Positions 8,497 through 17,733 of a DNA stretch of 26,417 nucleotides are shown one piece after another. The translations under genes were made by a program, and so were the position numbers. This DNA comes from Candidatus Methylomirabilia bacterium (GTDB lineage Bacteria; Methylomirabilota; Methylomirabilia; Rokubacteriales; CSP1-6). The first letter of the stretch is position 1. Each line of letters begins with the position of its first letter. The DNA lies in NCBI GenBank assembly GCA_041497895.1, contig JBGQHJ010000061.1, positions 1 to 26,417 on the forward strand. Reading direction: 5' to 3'. The notes beneath the pieces are model-generated. The model had not been told where the DNA came from. It saw nothing but the letters and a program-made list of their open reading frames with translations, and did not search any database.

Positions 8497-9834
8497 TCAA
8501 AGGTCCGGTGATTGGTAGAGCTCGGTCTTCGAGATCCCGCGCTGGAAGGAGAGGTACTCCTCCTTGGTCATGCGCGGCTTCCACGTTCTCAATATTTCGC
8601 GCGCGCCGGCCGCGTCGCCCCAGAGCAGGTCGACCGCCATCAGGGCGAGCTGCTTGGCCGGCTCCACGTAGGCCACCGTGGGGTCGGCGATCGCGTAGTC
8701 GGCGCCGTGGCCGCCGCCGGTGGCTCCGCCCATGTACGGATGAAGAGTCGGCATCACGTGCGAAATATCACCCATGTCGGTGGAACCGCTCCGATGGCCG
8801 GACTCGGTGACCTGGTCGGCGCCGAGGGCGGCCGTCGCGTTGGCTCGGAACATCTCGGCCATGCCCATGTGGTTGAAGAGCGGGAGATAGCCGGGCAGCG
8901 TCTCGATCTCGACCTGCGCGCCCATCGCCAGCGCCCCGGCTCGGAGCGCGCGGTCGACCTTTCGATTCGCCTCGAGGATCGCCTCGACCGTCTTGCCGCG
9001 CACGTAGGTCTCGAGGCGCACCTCGCCCGGGATCACGTTCACCTGGCTGCCGCCGTGGGTGATGATCGGGTGCACCCGGATCGAGTCCTCGTCGCGGAAG
9101 GTCTCCCGGATCGCGTTGATGGCGGAGAGCCCGATGTTGGCCGCGTAGAGCGCGTTGACGCCGAGGTGCGGCGCCCCGCCCGCGTGCGAGGCGCGCCCGA
9201 TGTAGCGCACCGTCTTCACGATGCAGCCGTTGTTGGAGGCGGCCACTCCCGCCTTCTTCATGTCGGGCTGCGAGGTGGTGTGGATCATCATCGCGAGGTC
9301 GACGTCGTCGAAGTGGCCCAGCCGCAGCAGCTCGGGCTTGCCGCCGAGGAACTCGATGCGCCCCGCGCGCGCCTGCTGCACGCGCCATTCCACGTCGCCG
9401 TACTCCTCGGCCGGCACCGCGAAGAAGACTACCCGCCCCGCGAGGTGGGTGAAGGCGCCCGCCTCCAGCATCCCCATCGCCGCGCCGAGCAGCCCCGCCA
9501 TCTGCGCGTTGTGCCCGCACGCGTGGGCGGCGCCGGTCTCGGGGTCCGCGATCGGGTGCCCCTGCACCACCAGCCCGTCCAGCTCGCCGAGCAGGGCGAA
9601 GGTCGGCCCGTCCTTGGCTCCCGTCACCTCGGCCCGCACCCCGGTGAGGGCGAGGCCGCCGCGCGGCTTCAGGCCGAGCTCCAAGAACGTCTCCTCGGCC
9701 AGCCGCGCGGTCTTGAACTCCTTGAACCCGAGCTCGGGCTGGTGCCGGATGCGCTCGCCGAGGGCGATGATGCGCTCCGCGTTGCGATCGATGGTGGTGC
9801 AGATCGACTGCTTGAGGCCGGTTTTGGTTTGCAC
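8497..9834 (-). CDS. M20 family amidohydrolase (AbgB/ACY1L2-like)
   Basis: PELGFKE, GELDGL, AHACGHNAQ, PAEE, GGK, GSTDMGD motifs; RBS AGGAGG before the GTG. Confidence 0.9.
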   Translation of the reverse strand: MQTKTGLKQSICTTIDRNAERIIALGERIRHQPELGFKEFKTARLAEETFLELGLKPRGGLALTGVRAEVTGAKDGPTFALLGELDGLVVQGHPIADPETGAAHACGHNAQMAGLLGAAMGMLEAGAFTHLAGRVVFFAVPAEEYGDVEWRVQQARAGRIEFLGGKPELLRLGHFDDVDLAMMIHTTSQPDMKKAGVAASNNGCIVKTVRYIGRASHAGGAPHLGVNALYAANIGLSAINAIRETFRDEDSIRVHPIITHGGSQVNVIPGEVRLETYVRGKTVEAILEANRKVDRALRAGALAMGAQVEIETLPGYLPLFNHMGMAEMFRANATAALGADQVTESGHRSGSTDMGDISHVMPTLHPYMGGATGGGHGADYAIADPTVAYVEPAKQLALMAVDLLWGDAAGAREILRTWKPRMTKEEYLSFQRGISKTELYQSPDL

Positions 9835-9843
9835 GGAATCCTC

Positions 9844-10971
9844 CTATGCCACGAAGCGCTGCGGCAGGAACGGGGTGATCGAGTCCGGTGCCTTTCCGTC
9901 GACGATGCAGTCGGCCATCACCGCCGCGGTGATCGGCGCGAGCAGGATGCCGTTGCGATAGTGCCCGGTGGCGACGAAGAGGCCGGCCACGCCGGGCCAC
10001 GGCCCGAGCACCGGCAGGCCGTCTGGCGCCGCCGGCCGGAAGCCGCACCAGGACCGCGTGATGGGCCGGCGGCCGATCTCGGGCACGAGCGCCACCGCCT
10101 GGGCGATGAGCCCGCCCAGCCCGTCCGGCGTCACCGCGCGCTCGAAGCCCACGCGCTCGATGGTGGCGCCGATCAGCAGCTCTCCCGAGGGCCGCGGGAC
10201 CAGGTAGATCTCGTCGCCGTGGATCGCGTGCGAGATGAGCACCGGCACGTTGCTCACCGCGAGCATCTGGCCGCGCACCGGCCCGACCGGGAGGCGGCCG
10301 CCCAGCTCCGAGGCGAGCGCGCCGGACCAGGCGCCGGCCGCGAGCAGGACGGCATCGGCGGTCAGGCGCTCGCCGTCCGCGAGCACGCCGCCCGCGCGGC
10401 CCCGCTCGACCAGGATGCGCGCGACCTCGACGCCGGTCCGCACCGTGACGCCGCGGGCGGCCGCGGCCAGCGCGTAGGCGGTGGCCAGGCGCTGGTTGTT
10501 CACCCACTGCTCGCCGCGCACCAGGCAGGCCGCGGTCACGTCCTTGGCGAGCGCCGGCTCGAGCGCGGCGAGCTCGGCCCCCTCGACCACCTCGGCCCCG
10601 AGCTCCGCGGCGAGCGGCCAGCCGCACCGGGCGCGGGCGTCCTCGAGATCGCGCGGTGTCGCGATCGGGTGGAGCGTGCCCGCGGTCACGTGCTCCACGT
10701 CGATCCCGGTCGTCTCGCGCAGCTTGGCCACCACCCGCGGGTAGAGTCGCCAGCTCTCGATGGCCAGCCGGTGGAACGGATCCGGCTCGGGCGAGCTCCC
10801 GAAGGGGGCCAGGAGCCCCGCCGCCGCGCTCGAGGCCTCGCCCCCCGGAGTGCCACGTTCGAGTACGGTGACGCGACAGCCGCGACGGGCCAGCTCGAGC
10901 GCGGAGGCGCACCCGATGATGCCGCCGCCGATGACCAGGACGGTGGGGTGTAGCGGAGGCCCGCCGGCCAT
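9844..10971 (-). CDS. thiO: Glycine oxidase ThiO
   Basis: GGGIIG FAD motif, ASSAAAGLL, PVRGQM, YLVPR, GFRP, TGHYRNGILLAP; thi operon context. Start at ATG 10971 (TGATG overlap). Confidence 0.93.
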   Translation of the reverse strand: MAGGPPLHPTVLVIGGGIIGCASALELARRGCRVTVLERGTPGGEASSAAAGLLAPFGSSPEPDPFHRLAIESWRLYPRVVAKLRETTGIDVEHVTAGTLHPIATPRDLEDARARCGWPLAAELGAEVVEGAELAALEPALAKDVTAACLVRGEQWVNNQRLATAYALAAAARGVTVRTGVEVARILVERGRAGGVLADGERLTADAVLLAAGAWSGALASELGGRLPVGPVRGQMLAVSNVPVLISHAIHGDEIYLVPRPSGELLIGATIERVGFERAVTPDGLGGLIAQAVALVPEIGRRPITRSWCGFRPAAPDGLPVLGPWPGVAGLFVATGHYRNGILLAPITAAVMADCIVDGKAPDSITPFLPQRFVA

Positions 10972-11597
10972 CACGCGCTCCCCAGCACGTCGAGGAAGGC
11001 CTTCGTGGCGTCGGCCGGCCGCGCCGCCCCGTAGACCGCGCCGATCACCGCGACGCCCGCGGCCCCGGCCGCGCGCACCTCCGGCACCCGCTCGGGGGTG
11101 ATCCCGCCTACCGCGAGCACCGGACGGACCACCGCGGCGGCGGCGGCCTCGAGCGCAGCCAGCCCCTGGGGCGGTCCGTAGCGCCGCTTCGAGGGCGTGT
11201 CGTAGACGGGACCGAACACGACGAAGTCCGCACCCTCCGCCACCGCCTCCCGGGCCTCCGCGGTCGAGTGCGCGGAGGCGCCGATGAGGAAGCCGGGCGG
11301 CGTGATCCCGCGCAGCGCGGCCACCGGCAGCGAGGTGTGGGTGCGCTGCACCCCGTCGGCGCCCACCGCCAGCGCCACGTCGGCGCGGTCGTTGATCAGC
11401 AGGCGCGCCCCGTGACGTCGCGTGGCCTCGCGCAGCGGCTCGGCCAGGGCGAGCAGCGCGCGCACCTCGAGATCCTTCTCGCGGAGCTGCACCGCGCGGA
11501 GCCCGGCGTCGAGGCATTCCTCGACCACCTCCAGGGGCGGCCGTGTCGACGCGGCGCGGTCGGTGATCAGATAGAGCCGGAAGCCTAGCTGGTCCAC
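10971..11597 (-). CDS. thiE: Thiamine phosphate synthase ThiE / TenI family protein
   Basis: [43 protein letters not shown] motifs; atypical GVQRTHTS in place of GVHLGQDD. Confidence 0.78.
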   Translation of the reverse strand: MDQLGFRLYLITDRAASTRPPLEVVEECLDAGLRAVQLREKDLEVRALLALAEPLREATRRHGARLLINDRADVALAVGADGVQRTHTSLPVAALRGITPPGFLIGASAHSTAEAREAVAEGADFVVFGPVYDTPSKRRYGPPQGLAALEAAAAAVVRPVLAVGGITPERVPEVRAAGAAGVAVIGAVYGAARPADATKAFLDVLGSA

Positions 11598-12367
11598 TCG
11601 GGCACGCCCTCCAGCGGGGAGGACGCGGTGGCGTAGAGCTTCTTGCCGATGCGCCCCGCCTTGAAGGCGAGCCGGCCGGCCTCGACGGCCAGGCGCATGG
11701 CGGTGGCCATGGCGACCGGGTCCTTGGACCCCGCGATGGCGGTGTTCATGAGCACGCCGTCGCAGCCGAGCTCCATGGCGATGGCCGCGTCCGAGGCGGT
11801 CCCGACCCCCGCGTCCACGATCACCGGGACGGTCACCGCCTCCAGGATCAGCTTGATGTTGTATGGGTTGCGGATACCGAGCCCGGAGCCGATCGGCGCG
11901 CCCAGAGGCATGACCGCGGCGGCCCCCGCGTCCTCCAGCTTCTTGGCCATCACCGGATCGTCGTTGGTGTAGGGCAGCACCGTGAAGCCTTCCCGGGCGA
12001 GCGTGCGGGTGGCCTCGAGCAGGCCCAGGACGTCCGGGAAGAGGGTGCGCGAGTCGCCGATCACCTCGAGCTTCACCAGGGTGCCGAGCCCCGCCTCGCG
12101 GGCCAGGTAACAGGTCCGGACCGCCTCGTCGGCCGAGTAGCAGCCGGCGGTGTTGGGCAGGAGCGTGTACCGCTTGGGGTCGACGTAGTCGAGCAGCGAT
12201 TCGCCCTGCCCCGGCAGGCTCACCCGGCGCACGGCGACCGTGACGATCTCGGATCCCGAGGCCTCGATGGCCTCGCGCATGTTCTCGAACGACGGGTACT
12301 TTCCGGTACCCACGATGAGACGCGACTTGAACTCTTTCCCGCCCAGCCAGAGTGACGTGTCGTACAT
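11585..12367 (-). CDS. thiG: Thiazole synthase ThiG
   Basis: [51 protein letters not shown] motifs. Confidence 0.98.
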   Translation of the reverse strand: MYDTSLWLGGKEFKSRLIVGTGKYPSFENMREAIEASGSEIVTVAVRRVSLPGQGESLLDYVDPKRYTLLPNTAGCYSADEAVRTCYLAREAGLGTLVKLEVIGDSRTLFPDVLGLLEATRTLAREGFTVLPYTNDDPVMAKKLEDAGAAAVMPLGAPIGSGLGIRNPYNIKLILEAVTVPVIVDAGVGTASDAAIAMELGCDGVLMNTAIAGSKDPVAMATAMRLAVEAGRLAFKAGRIGKKLYATASSPLEGVPEWTS

Positions 12368-12371
12368 GGGC

Positions 12372-12572
12372 TTAGCCTCCCCCCATCGGATGAACGATCT
12401 CGACCTTGTCGCCGTCGTTGAGGACGGTCTCGGCGTAGTGCGCCCGCAGGGCCACCTCGCGATTGAGGGCCACCGCGGTGAACTCGCGACGGACCTTCAG
12501 GCGCGCGAGCAGGCCGTCGATCGTGAGGCCCGCTGGCAGCTCCATCGGTTTGCCGTTGACGGTGACCGTCAT
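12372..12572 (-). CDS. thiS: Sulfur carrier protein ThiS
   Basis: 66 aa; VTVNG, AVALN, GDKVEIV, C-terminal GGG; directly upstream of thiG. Confidence 0.96.
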   Translation of the reverse strand: MTVTVNGKPMELPAGLTIDGLLARLKVRREFTAVALNREVALRAHYAETVLNDGDKVEIVHPMGGG

Positions 12573-12573
12573 G

Positions 12574-12609
12574 AAAAAACCGCACGCCTTTCCAAGAAAG
12601 GGGTGCGGT
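12574..12609 (-). terminator. Intrinsic terminator (riboswitch expression platform) abutting the thiS start
   Basis: Minus strand ACCGCAC-C-CCTTTC-TTG-GAAAGG-C-GTGCGGT followed by a T-tract, then C-ATG. Confidence 0.85.
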
Positions 12610-12620
12610 CCAGTGATGCC

Positions 12621-12714
12621 TCGCGTCGCATTCCCTTCGCTGGAATTACCCAGTGCAGGTTCGAGGGGTCCCGGGCCGCACCCGGTTCTCAGGAAACCTC
12701 CCCCAGCGACGCGA
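12621..12714 (-). ncRNA. TPP riboswitch (THI element)
   Basis: Minus strand GGGGGAG..CTGAGA..GACCCCTCGAACCTG..GGTAATTCCAGCGAAGGGAA, closed by 9-bp P1 TCGCGTCGC/GCGACGCGA; upstream of thiSG. Confidence 0.96.
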
Positions 12715-12718
12715 TCGG

Positions 12719-12724
12719 ATTATA
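12719..12724 (-). promoter_or_regulatory. Consensus -10 box TATAAT for the thi leader
   Basis: Perfect TATAAT 4 nt upstream of riboswitch P1, overlapping the TAA stop of the upstream gene; no clear -35. Confidence 0.65.
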
Positions 12725-14792
12725 CCCCAGCGTCGAGCTGGCGCGCGAGCGCGTCCGGCTCCGTCACCGGGAGCTGGCAGACGTAGTGCTGGCACACGTA
12801 GGCGGTGGGCTGGCCGCCCACCGCGGCGCGCTCGGCCAGGAGCGGCAGCCCGGCGCCCGCCGGATCGCCCTCGGCCGCGCCCACCACCACCCGGTTCGGC
12901 TGGTAGCGGCCGAACACGGTGTCGAGCAGCGGCGCCACCGCGCGCTCCTGGCCGGGGCGCCACACCACGGCCACCTCGGCCACCGGCCCCAGGTGGAAGT
13001 CGAGCGCGGAGAGGTACCGGCCGAAGCCCGACGGGTAGCGCTGCATGAGGTCCGCCATGGGTCGCAGCGCGGCGAGCGCGATGGCCTCGTACCGCTCCTC
13101 ACCCAGGATCACGGCCAGCCGCAGCAGCCAGTCGATGGCCACCGAGGTGCCGCTCGGCACCGCATTGTCGAACAGGTTACGCGGCCGCACCACGAGGGCT
13201 TCCTGGTCCTGGCCGGTGTCGAAGAACGTCTCGCGGTCGGCGCTCCAGAAGAGCCGCAGCGCCTCCTCGGCGAGGCGGCGCGACTCGTCGAGCCAGCGCC
13301 GGTCGAGGGTCGCCTCGTAGAGGGCGAGCAGGCCCACTCCCACCATCGAGTAGTCCTCGAGGTAGCCGGTGATGCGGGCCTGGCCGTCCTTCCAGGACCG
13401 CAGGAGCCGTCCGTCGCGGACCATCTGCCGGGTGAGGAACTCGGCGTTGCGGACCGCGACCGCGAGATAGTCCGCGCGGCCCAGCACCGCGGCCGCCTCC
13501 GCGAACGCGGCGAGCATGAGCCCGTTCCACGACGCCAGCACCTTGTCGTCGAGGCCGGGGTGCACCCGCTTCTCGCGCTCGGCATACAGGAGCGTGCGGG
13601 CGCGCTCAATCGCGGTCGTCAGCGCATCGCCGGTGATGCCGAGCGTGCCGGCGACCTCCTCCGGGCCACGCGGCACGAACAGGATGCTGTGGCCCTCGAA
13701 GTTGGGCCCGTCGTCGACGCCCCAGTAGGCGAGCGCCACGCGCGCCAGCGCGGGATCGTCCAGGACCGCACGCATCTCGTCGGGCGACCAGACGAAGAAC
13801 TTGCCCTCGACTCCCTCGGAGTCGGCGTCCTGGGCCGAGTAGAAGCCGCCCGCCGGGTGGGTCATCTCGCGCCGCACGTAGTCGAGCGTCTCCTCGGCCA
13901 CGCGGCGGTAGAGCCCGTCGCCGGTGGCGAGCCAGCCGTGCAGGTAGAGGGAGGCGAGCTGGGCGTTGTCGTAGAGCATCTTCTCGAAGTGCGGCACGAG
14001 CCACTGGCCGTCCACCGAGTAGCGGTGGAAGCCGCCCCCCAGCTGATCGTAGATGCCACCGCGCGCCATCCGGGTGAGCGTGAGCTGGAGCATCTCGAGC
14101 CCGCGCGCGTCTCGGGCGCGGCGCCCGACGCGGAGCACCGCCTCCCAGGTCATGGGCTGCGGGAACTTGGGCGCCTGACCGAGCCCGCCGTCGCGCTCGT
14201 CGAACTCGCCGCCCAGTCCCATGTAGGCCCGGACCAGCACGTCGCGGGTCAGGAGGCTCGTCGACCCGGTGAGCCTCCCCGACTGCCCCATGGCCTCGAC
14301 GAGCTGGCGGCCGGCCTCGAGCACCTCGCCGCGGCGCGAGTGGTAGGCGTCGGCGATGGAGCGGAGCAGGCGCGGGAAGGCGGGCATGCCGTGCCGGTCC
14401 TCCGGAGGGAAATACGTGCCTCCGTAGAACGGGACCCCGTCCGGGGTGAGGAAGACGGTCATCGGCCAGCCCCCGCGGCCGGTCATCGACTGCACCGCCT
14501 GCATGTAGATCTGGTCGACGTCGGGCCGCTCCTCGCGATCGACCTTGATCGACACGAAGAGCTGGTTCATCAGGGCCGCGATCTCGTCGTTCTCGAACGA
14601 CTCACGCTCCATGACGTGGCACCAGTGGCAGGCGGAGTAGCCCACCGAGAGCAGCACCGGCTTGTCCTCGCGGCGGGCCAGCTCGAAGGCCTCGGGGCTC
14701 CACGGGTACCAGTCGACCGGATTGTGGGCGTGCTGGAGCAGGTAGGGGCTCGTCTCGGAGGCGAGACGATTGGCGGGGCGGGACTGGGACAC
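12720..14792 (-). CDS. YyaL/SSP411-like protein (DUF255 thioredoxin-like domain + six-hairpin glycosidase-like domain)
   Basis: [71 protein letters not shown]. Start re-called at GTG 14792. Confidence 0.93.
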   Translation of the reverse strand: MSQSRPANRLASETSPYLLQHAHNPVDWYPWSPEAFELARREDKPVLLSVGYSACHWCHVMERESFENDEIAALMNQLFVSIKVDREERPDVDQIYMQAVQSMTGRGGWPMTVFLTPDGVPFYGGTYFPPEDRHGMPAFPRLLRSIADAYHSRRGEVLEAGRQLVEAMGQSGRLTGSTSLLTRDVLVRAYMGLGGEFDERDGGLGQAPKFPQPMTWEAVLRVGRRARDARGLEMLQLTLTRMARGGIYDQLGGGFHRYSVDGQWLVPHFEKMLYDNAQLASLYLHGWLATGDGLYRRVAEETLDYVRREMTHPAGGFYSAQDADSEGVEGKFFVWSPDEMRAVLDDPALARVALAYWGVDDGPNFEGHSILFVPRGPEEVAGTLGITGDALTTAIERARTLLYAEREKRVHPGLDDKVLASWNGLMLAAFAEAAAVLGRADYLAVAVRNAEFLTRQMVRDGRLLRSWKDGQARITGYLEDYSMVGVGLLALYEATLDRRWLDESRRLAEEALRLFWSADRETFFDTGQDQEALVVRPRNLFDNAVPSGTSVAIDWLLRLAVILGEERYEAIALAALRPMADLMQRYPSGFGRYLSALDFHLGPVAEVAVVWRPGQERAVAPLLDTVFGRYQPNRVVVGAAEGDPAGAGLPLLAERAAVGGQPTAYVCQHYVCQLPVTEPDALARQLDAGV

Positions 14793-14806
14793 GCGGGAAG
14801 GGTCCG

Positions 14807-15793
14807 TCAGGCCTCGGTCACGAAGGGCAGCGCGCTCATCCGGGCCGGCTGCTCCCCCGCCCCGTCCGCGACGGTCACCGCGGTGCCCGGCTCGAAGTGC
14901 TCGCGGCGCACGTAGCCGAGCGCGATCGGTCGGCCGAGCGCGATCGAGCGCGCCGCCGAGGTCACCTTCCCCACCTCGGTCCCGGCCGCGAGGATCCGCG
15001 CGCCCACTTCGGGCACGCGATCGCCCTCGACGACCAGGCCACTCAGCGCGCGGTTGACGTGCCCGCGGTACTTCACGCGCGCCACCGTCTCCTGGCCGAT
15101 GTAGCAGCCCTTGGTGTAGCTCACGAGCGACTCGAGACGGGTCTCGGGCAGGATGACCGACGCGTCGACGTCCTGGGGATACCAGGGCTGGCCCGCCTCG
15201 ATGCGCAGGATCTCGAGGGTCTCCGCGCCCGCGGCGACCGCGCCCGCGGCGAGGGCCGCGCCGTGCAGTGCCGGCGCGTGCTCCACCGGGGTCCAGCAGT
15301 GAAAGCCCGGCCCCGGCCCCTCCGCGCGATTGATCACCCGCACCGGCGCGCCGGCCACCGCCACCTCGGCGTGGCCGTACGGGGCGAGGTCGAGCGCGGT
15401 GCCGGCCAGACCTTCGAGGAGCCGGCGCGCCCCCGGCCCCTGCAGCGAGAGGATCGCGAACGCGTCGTCGACCGCCTCGAACTCCGCCTTCTCGGAGATC
15501 AGGAAGTGGTCGAGGGTCTCGAGCGTCTTCGCGGTCATCTGTGGCGGCAGCTCGATCAGCGCCCGGTCCGAGGCCGCGTAGACGACGAGCAGCGCCATGA
15601 CCTTGCCGTGCGCGTCGAGGAAGGCGGCCGGCGCGCCCTGCCCGGGTGCCAAGGCCTTCACGTCGTTGGTGAGCATGCCCTGCAGGAAGGCGAGGCGGTC
15701 GCGGCCGGTCACGCTGACCTTTCCGAGCGCGGAGCGGTCGAACAGCGCGACCCCGTGGCGGGCGACCTGGTACTCGCGGGTCTGGTCGGGCAT
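14807..15793 (-). CDS. ygfZ: YgfZ/GcvT-family folate-binding protein (Fe-S cluster maintenance)
   Basis: G.DR..FLQG.LTND, LRIEAG, signature KGCYIGQE. Confidence 0.88.
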   Translation of the reverse strand: MPDQTREYQVARHGVALFDRSALGKVSVTGRDRLAFLQGMLTNDVKALAPGQGAPAAFLDAHGKVMALLVVYAASDRALIELPPQMTAKTLETLDHFLISEKAEFEAVDDAFAILSLQGPGARRLLEGLAGTALDLAPYGHAEVAVAGAPVRVINRAEGPGPGFHCWTPVEHAPALHGAALAAGAVAAGAETLEILRIEAGQPWYPQDVDASVILPETRLESLVSYTKGCYIGQETVARVKYRGHVNRALSGLVVEGDRVPEVGARILAAGTEVGKVTSAARSIALGRPIALGYVRREHFEPGTAVTVADGAGEQPARMSALPFVTEA

Positions 15794-15798
15794 GGCTC

Positions 15799-15827
15799 AT
15801 TGTTGTCGGGCCGCGGGCGGCTGTCAA
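15799..15827 (-). promoter_or_regulatory. Sigma70-type promoter TTGACA-N17-AACAAT for ygfZ
   Basis: Perfect -35 at 15827-15822, 17-bp spacer, -10 at 15804-15799; ATG only 5 nt downstream. Confidence 0.65.
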
Positions 15828-15867
15828 CTTGCGGCCGGCTTGCGGGACGCCGCGCACCTCGTACACA

Positions 15868-16572
15868 ATGGCCGCCGTGCCGCCCACCGTCCTGCCCGAC
15901 CGCCGGGCCCGCCTCCACTTCCGGCGGCGCCTCCTCGCCTGGTATGCCCGGCACCGGCGCGACCTGCCGTGGCGGCGCACCGAGGATCCCTACCGCATCC
16001 TGGTCTCCGAGATCATGCTGCAGCAGACCCAGGTCGATCGCGTGGTGCCCAAGTACCACGAGTTCCTCGGCCGCTACCCGACCCTCGAGGCGCTCGCCGC
16101 CTCCGCCCCCGATGACGTGAAGCGGCTCTGGTACCCGCTCGGCTACAACGTCCGGCCGCTCCACCTGCGCGGCATCGCGCGCGAGGCGGTCGCCAGCTAC
16201 GGCGGCCGGCTACCCGACGACGATCTCGCGCTCCGGGCGATGCGGGGGATCGGCCGCTACACCGCGGGAGCCGTGCGCTGCTTCGCGTACGGCCGCGCGG
16301 TGCCGATCGTGGACACCAACGTCCGCCGCGTGCTCGGTCGCGTCTTCCTCGGCCCGCGGCGCCTCGCGCGGCTGCGCGGGCAGAAGGCGATGTGGGACCT
16401 GGCCGGCGCGCTGGTGCCGCCGCGGAAGGCCTACGACTACAACCAGGCGCTGATGGATTTCGGCGCGACCTGGTGCACCGCGCGGGCGCCGCGCTGTCGC
16501 CCCTGCCCGATGCGTCGCGCGTGCGCGACATACCACGCCGAGCGGGGAGCCGATGGGCGCGCTCGAGGGTAA
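15868..16572 (+). CDS. mutY: A/G-specific adenine glycosylase MutY, catalytic domain only
   Basis: [15 protein letters not shown] (catalytic Glu), Hh[17 protein letters not shown] (Asp), NQALMDFGA, 4Fe-4S motif C-x6-C-x2-C-x5-C; start at ATG 15868 or GTG 15877. Confidence 0.9.
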   Translation: MAAVPPTVLPDRRARLHFRRRLLAWYARHRRDLPWRRTEDPYRILVSEIMLQQTQVDRVVPKYHEFLGRYPTLEALAASAPDDVKRLWYPLGYNVRPLHLRGIAREAVASYGGRLPDDDLALRAMRGIGRYTAGAVRCFAYGRAVPIVDTNVRRVLGRVFLGPRRLARLRGQKAMWDLAGALVPPRKAYDYNQALMDFGATWCTARAPRCRPCPMRRACATYHAERGADGRARG

Positions 16573-17299
16573 GGTCGCGATCGTGGCGGGCGGCGGCACC
16601 GGCATCGGCCGGGCGGTCGCGCTCTGCTTCGCGCGCGAGGGCGCGCGCGTGGCCGTCTTCGGCCGGCGACCGGGGCCGCTCCGCGAGGTGGCGGAGGCCA
16701 TCGCGGCCGCCGGCGGCGTGGGCCGCGCCGAGGCGGGCGACGCGGGCGCGGAGGCGGACGTGGCCCGGCTGGTGTCGGAGACCCGCCGGCAGTGGGGCGG
16801 CGTGGACGTGCTGGTGAACTCCGCGGCGGTGCGGCTCAACGCCCCGCTCGAGAAGGTCGACGCGGCCGACTTCGCCGAGGTGCTGCGGATCAACCTGGTG
16901 GGCGCCTTCGTGCTCACCAAGATGGTGGTCGGCCCGATGCGGGAGCGGGGCGGCGGCTCCATCGTGCACATCGGCTCCGCCCTCGGCGTGGTCGCGGCGC
17001 GGGACTTCTCGCCCTACGTCGCGTCCAAGGGTGGGCTCAACGCGCTGGCGCGGGCCGCCGCGGTCGAGCTGGTCGGGGACCGCATCCGGGTGAACGTGGT
17101 GGCGCCCGGCACCATCGACACCGTCATCAACCCCGGCGTCAGCGACTTCCGCCGGCGCATGCTCGAGCACCGCATCCCCATCGGGCGGCCCGGGCACGTG
17201 GACGACGTCGCGGCGGCCTGCCTCTACCTGGCGTCCGACGCGGCGGGCTACGTGACGGGGTCCGTGCTGGCGGTGGACGGCGGGTGGACCGCGTCGTGA
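16553..17299 (+). CDS. SDR family NAD(P)-dependent oxidoreductase
   Basis: GGGTGIG, DVLVNSA, catalytic S..YVASK, IRVNVVAPG, YVTGSVLAVDGG. Confidence 0.93.
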   Translation: MGALEGKVAIVAGGGTGIGRAVALCFAREGARVAVFGRRPGPLREVAEAIAAAGGVGRAEAGDAGAEADVARLVSETRRQWGGVDVLVNSAAVRLNAPLEKVDAADFAEVLRINLVGAFVLTKMVVGPMRERGGGSIVHIGSALGVVAARDFSPYVASKGGLNALARAAAVELVGDRIRVNVVAPGTIDTVINPGVSDFRRRMLEHRIPIGRPGHVDDVAAACLYLASDAAGYVTGSVLAVDGGWTAS

Positions 17300-17733
17300 G
17301 CGCGCCGGAAGACCCCGGCCCCCTCACCCTGCCCTCCCCCCAGGGGGGAGGGGGAGTCGTCGAGGTGGTCGCGGCGGTGATCGAGCGGGACGGGCGGATC
17401 CTCATCGCGCGGCGCCTGGCGGCCAGCCACCTGGGCGGGCTCTGGGAGTTCCCCGGGGGCAAGCGCCAGCCGGGCGAGAGCGCGGAGGCCGCGCTGGCGC
17501 GCGAGATCCGGGAGGAGCTGGACGCGGCGGTCGCGGTGGGCGAGCTGCTCGACACCGTCGACTGGGCGTACCCGGAGAAGACGGTGCGGCTCCGCTTCTT
17601 CCGCTGCGCGCTGCAGGGAGAGGTGCGGCCCGCGGAGGGTCAGGAGATCGCGTGGGTGAGGCCGGCCGAGCTGCGCGACTATCAGTTCCCCGCCGCCGAC
17701 GCGGGGCTCGTGGACCGGCTCAGCCCCCGCTGA
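17296..17733 (+). CDS. mutT: MutT/NudG-like Nudix hydrolase
   Basis: VVAAVI, HLGGLWEFPGGK, Nudix box GGKRQPGESAEAALAREIREEL, FPAAD; start at GTG 17296 (GTGA overlap) or GTG 17365. Confidence 0.85.
   Translation: MSAPEDPGPLTLPSPQGGGGVVEVVAAVIERDGRILIARRLAASHLGGLWEFPGGKRQPGESAEAALAREIREELDAAVAVGELLDTVDWAYPEKTVRLRFFRCALQGEVRPAEGQEIAWVRPAELRDYQFPAADAGLVDRLSPR
17318..17355 (+). repeat. REP-like palindromic repeat, copy 2
   Basis: GCCCCCTCACCCTGCCCTCCCCC-CAG-GGGGGAGGGGGA; 9-bp stem; lies in the 5' end of the Nudix ORF. Confidence 0.85.

Noticed and set aside
8592..8768. Inverted ATATTTCGC/GCGAAATAT pair within the amidohydrolase gene
   Set aside because: Short, about 160 bp apart and within coding sequence; compatible with chance
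4652..14915. Long plus-strand ORFs (503, 622, 813, 891 aa; also 17987-20251 and 20270-21883)
   Set aside because: Antisense shadows of well-supported minus-strand genes, expected at this GC content; no recognisable motifs
12720..15980. 1086-aa ORF suggesting a large fusion protein
   Set aside because: The N-terminal ~395 aa is Arg/Gly/Pro-rich off-frame translation over ygfZ; the real YyaL-like protein starts near 14792
17720..17733. 14-bp convergent overlap of the Nudix and TRAP permease 3' ends
   Set aside because: Common in compact genomes; no sign of function
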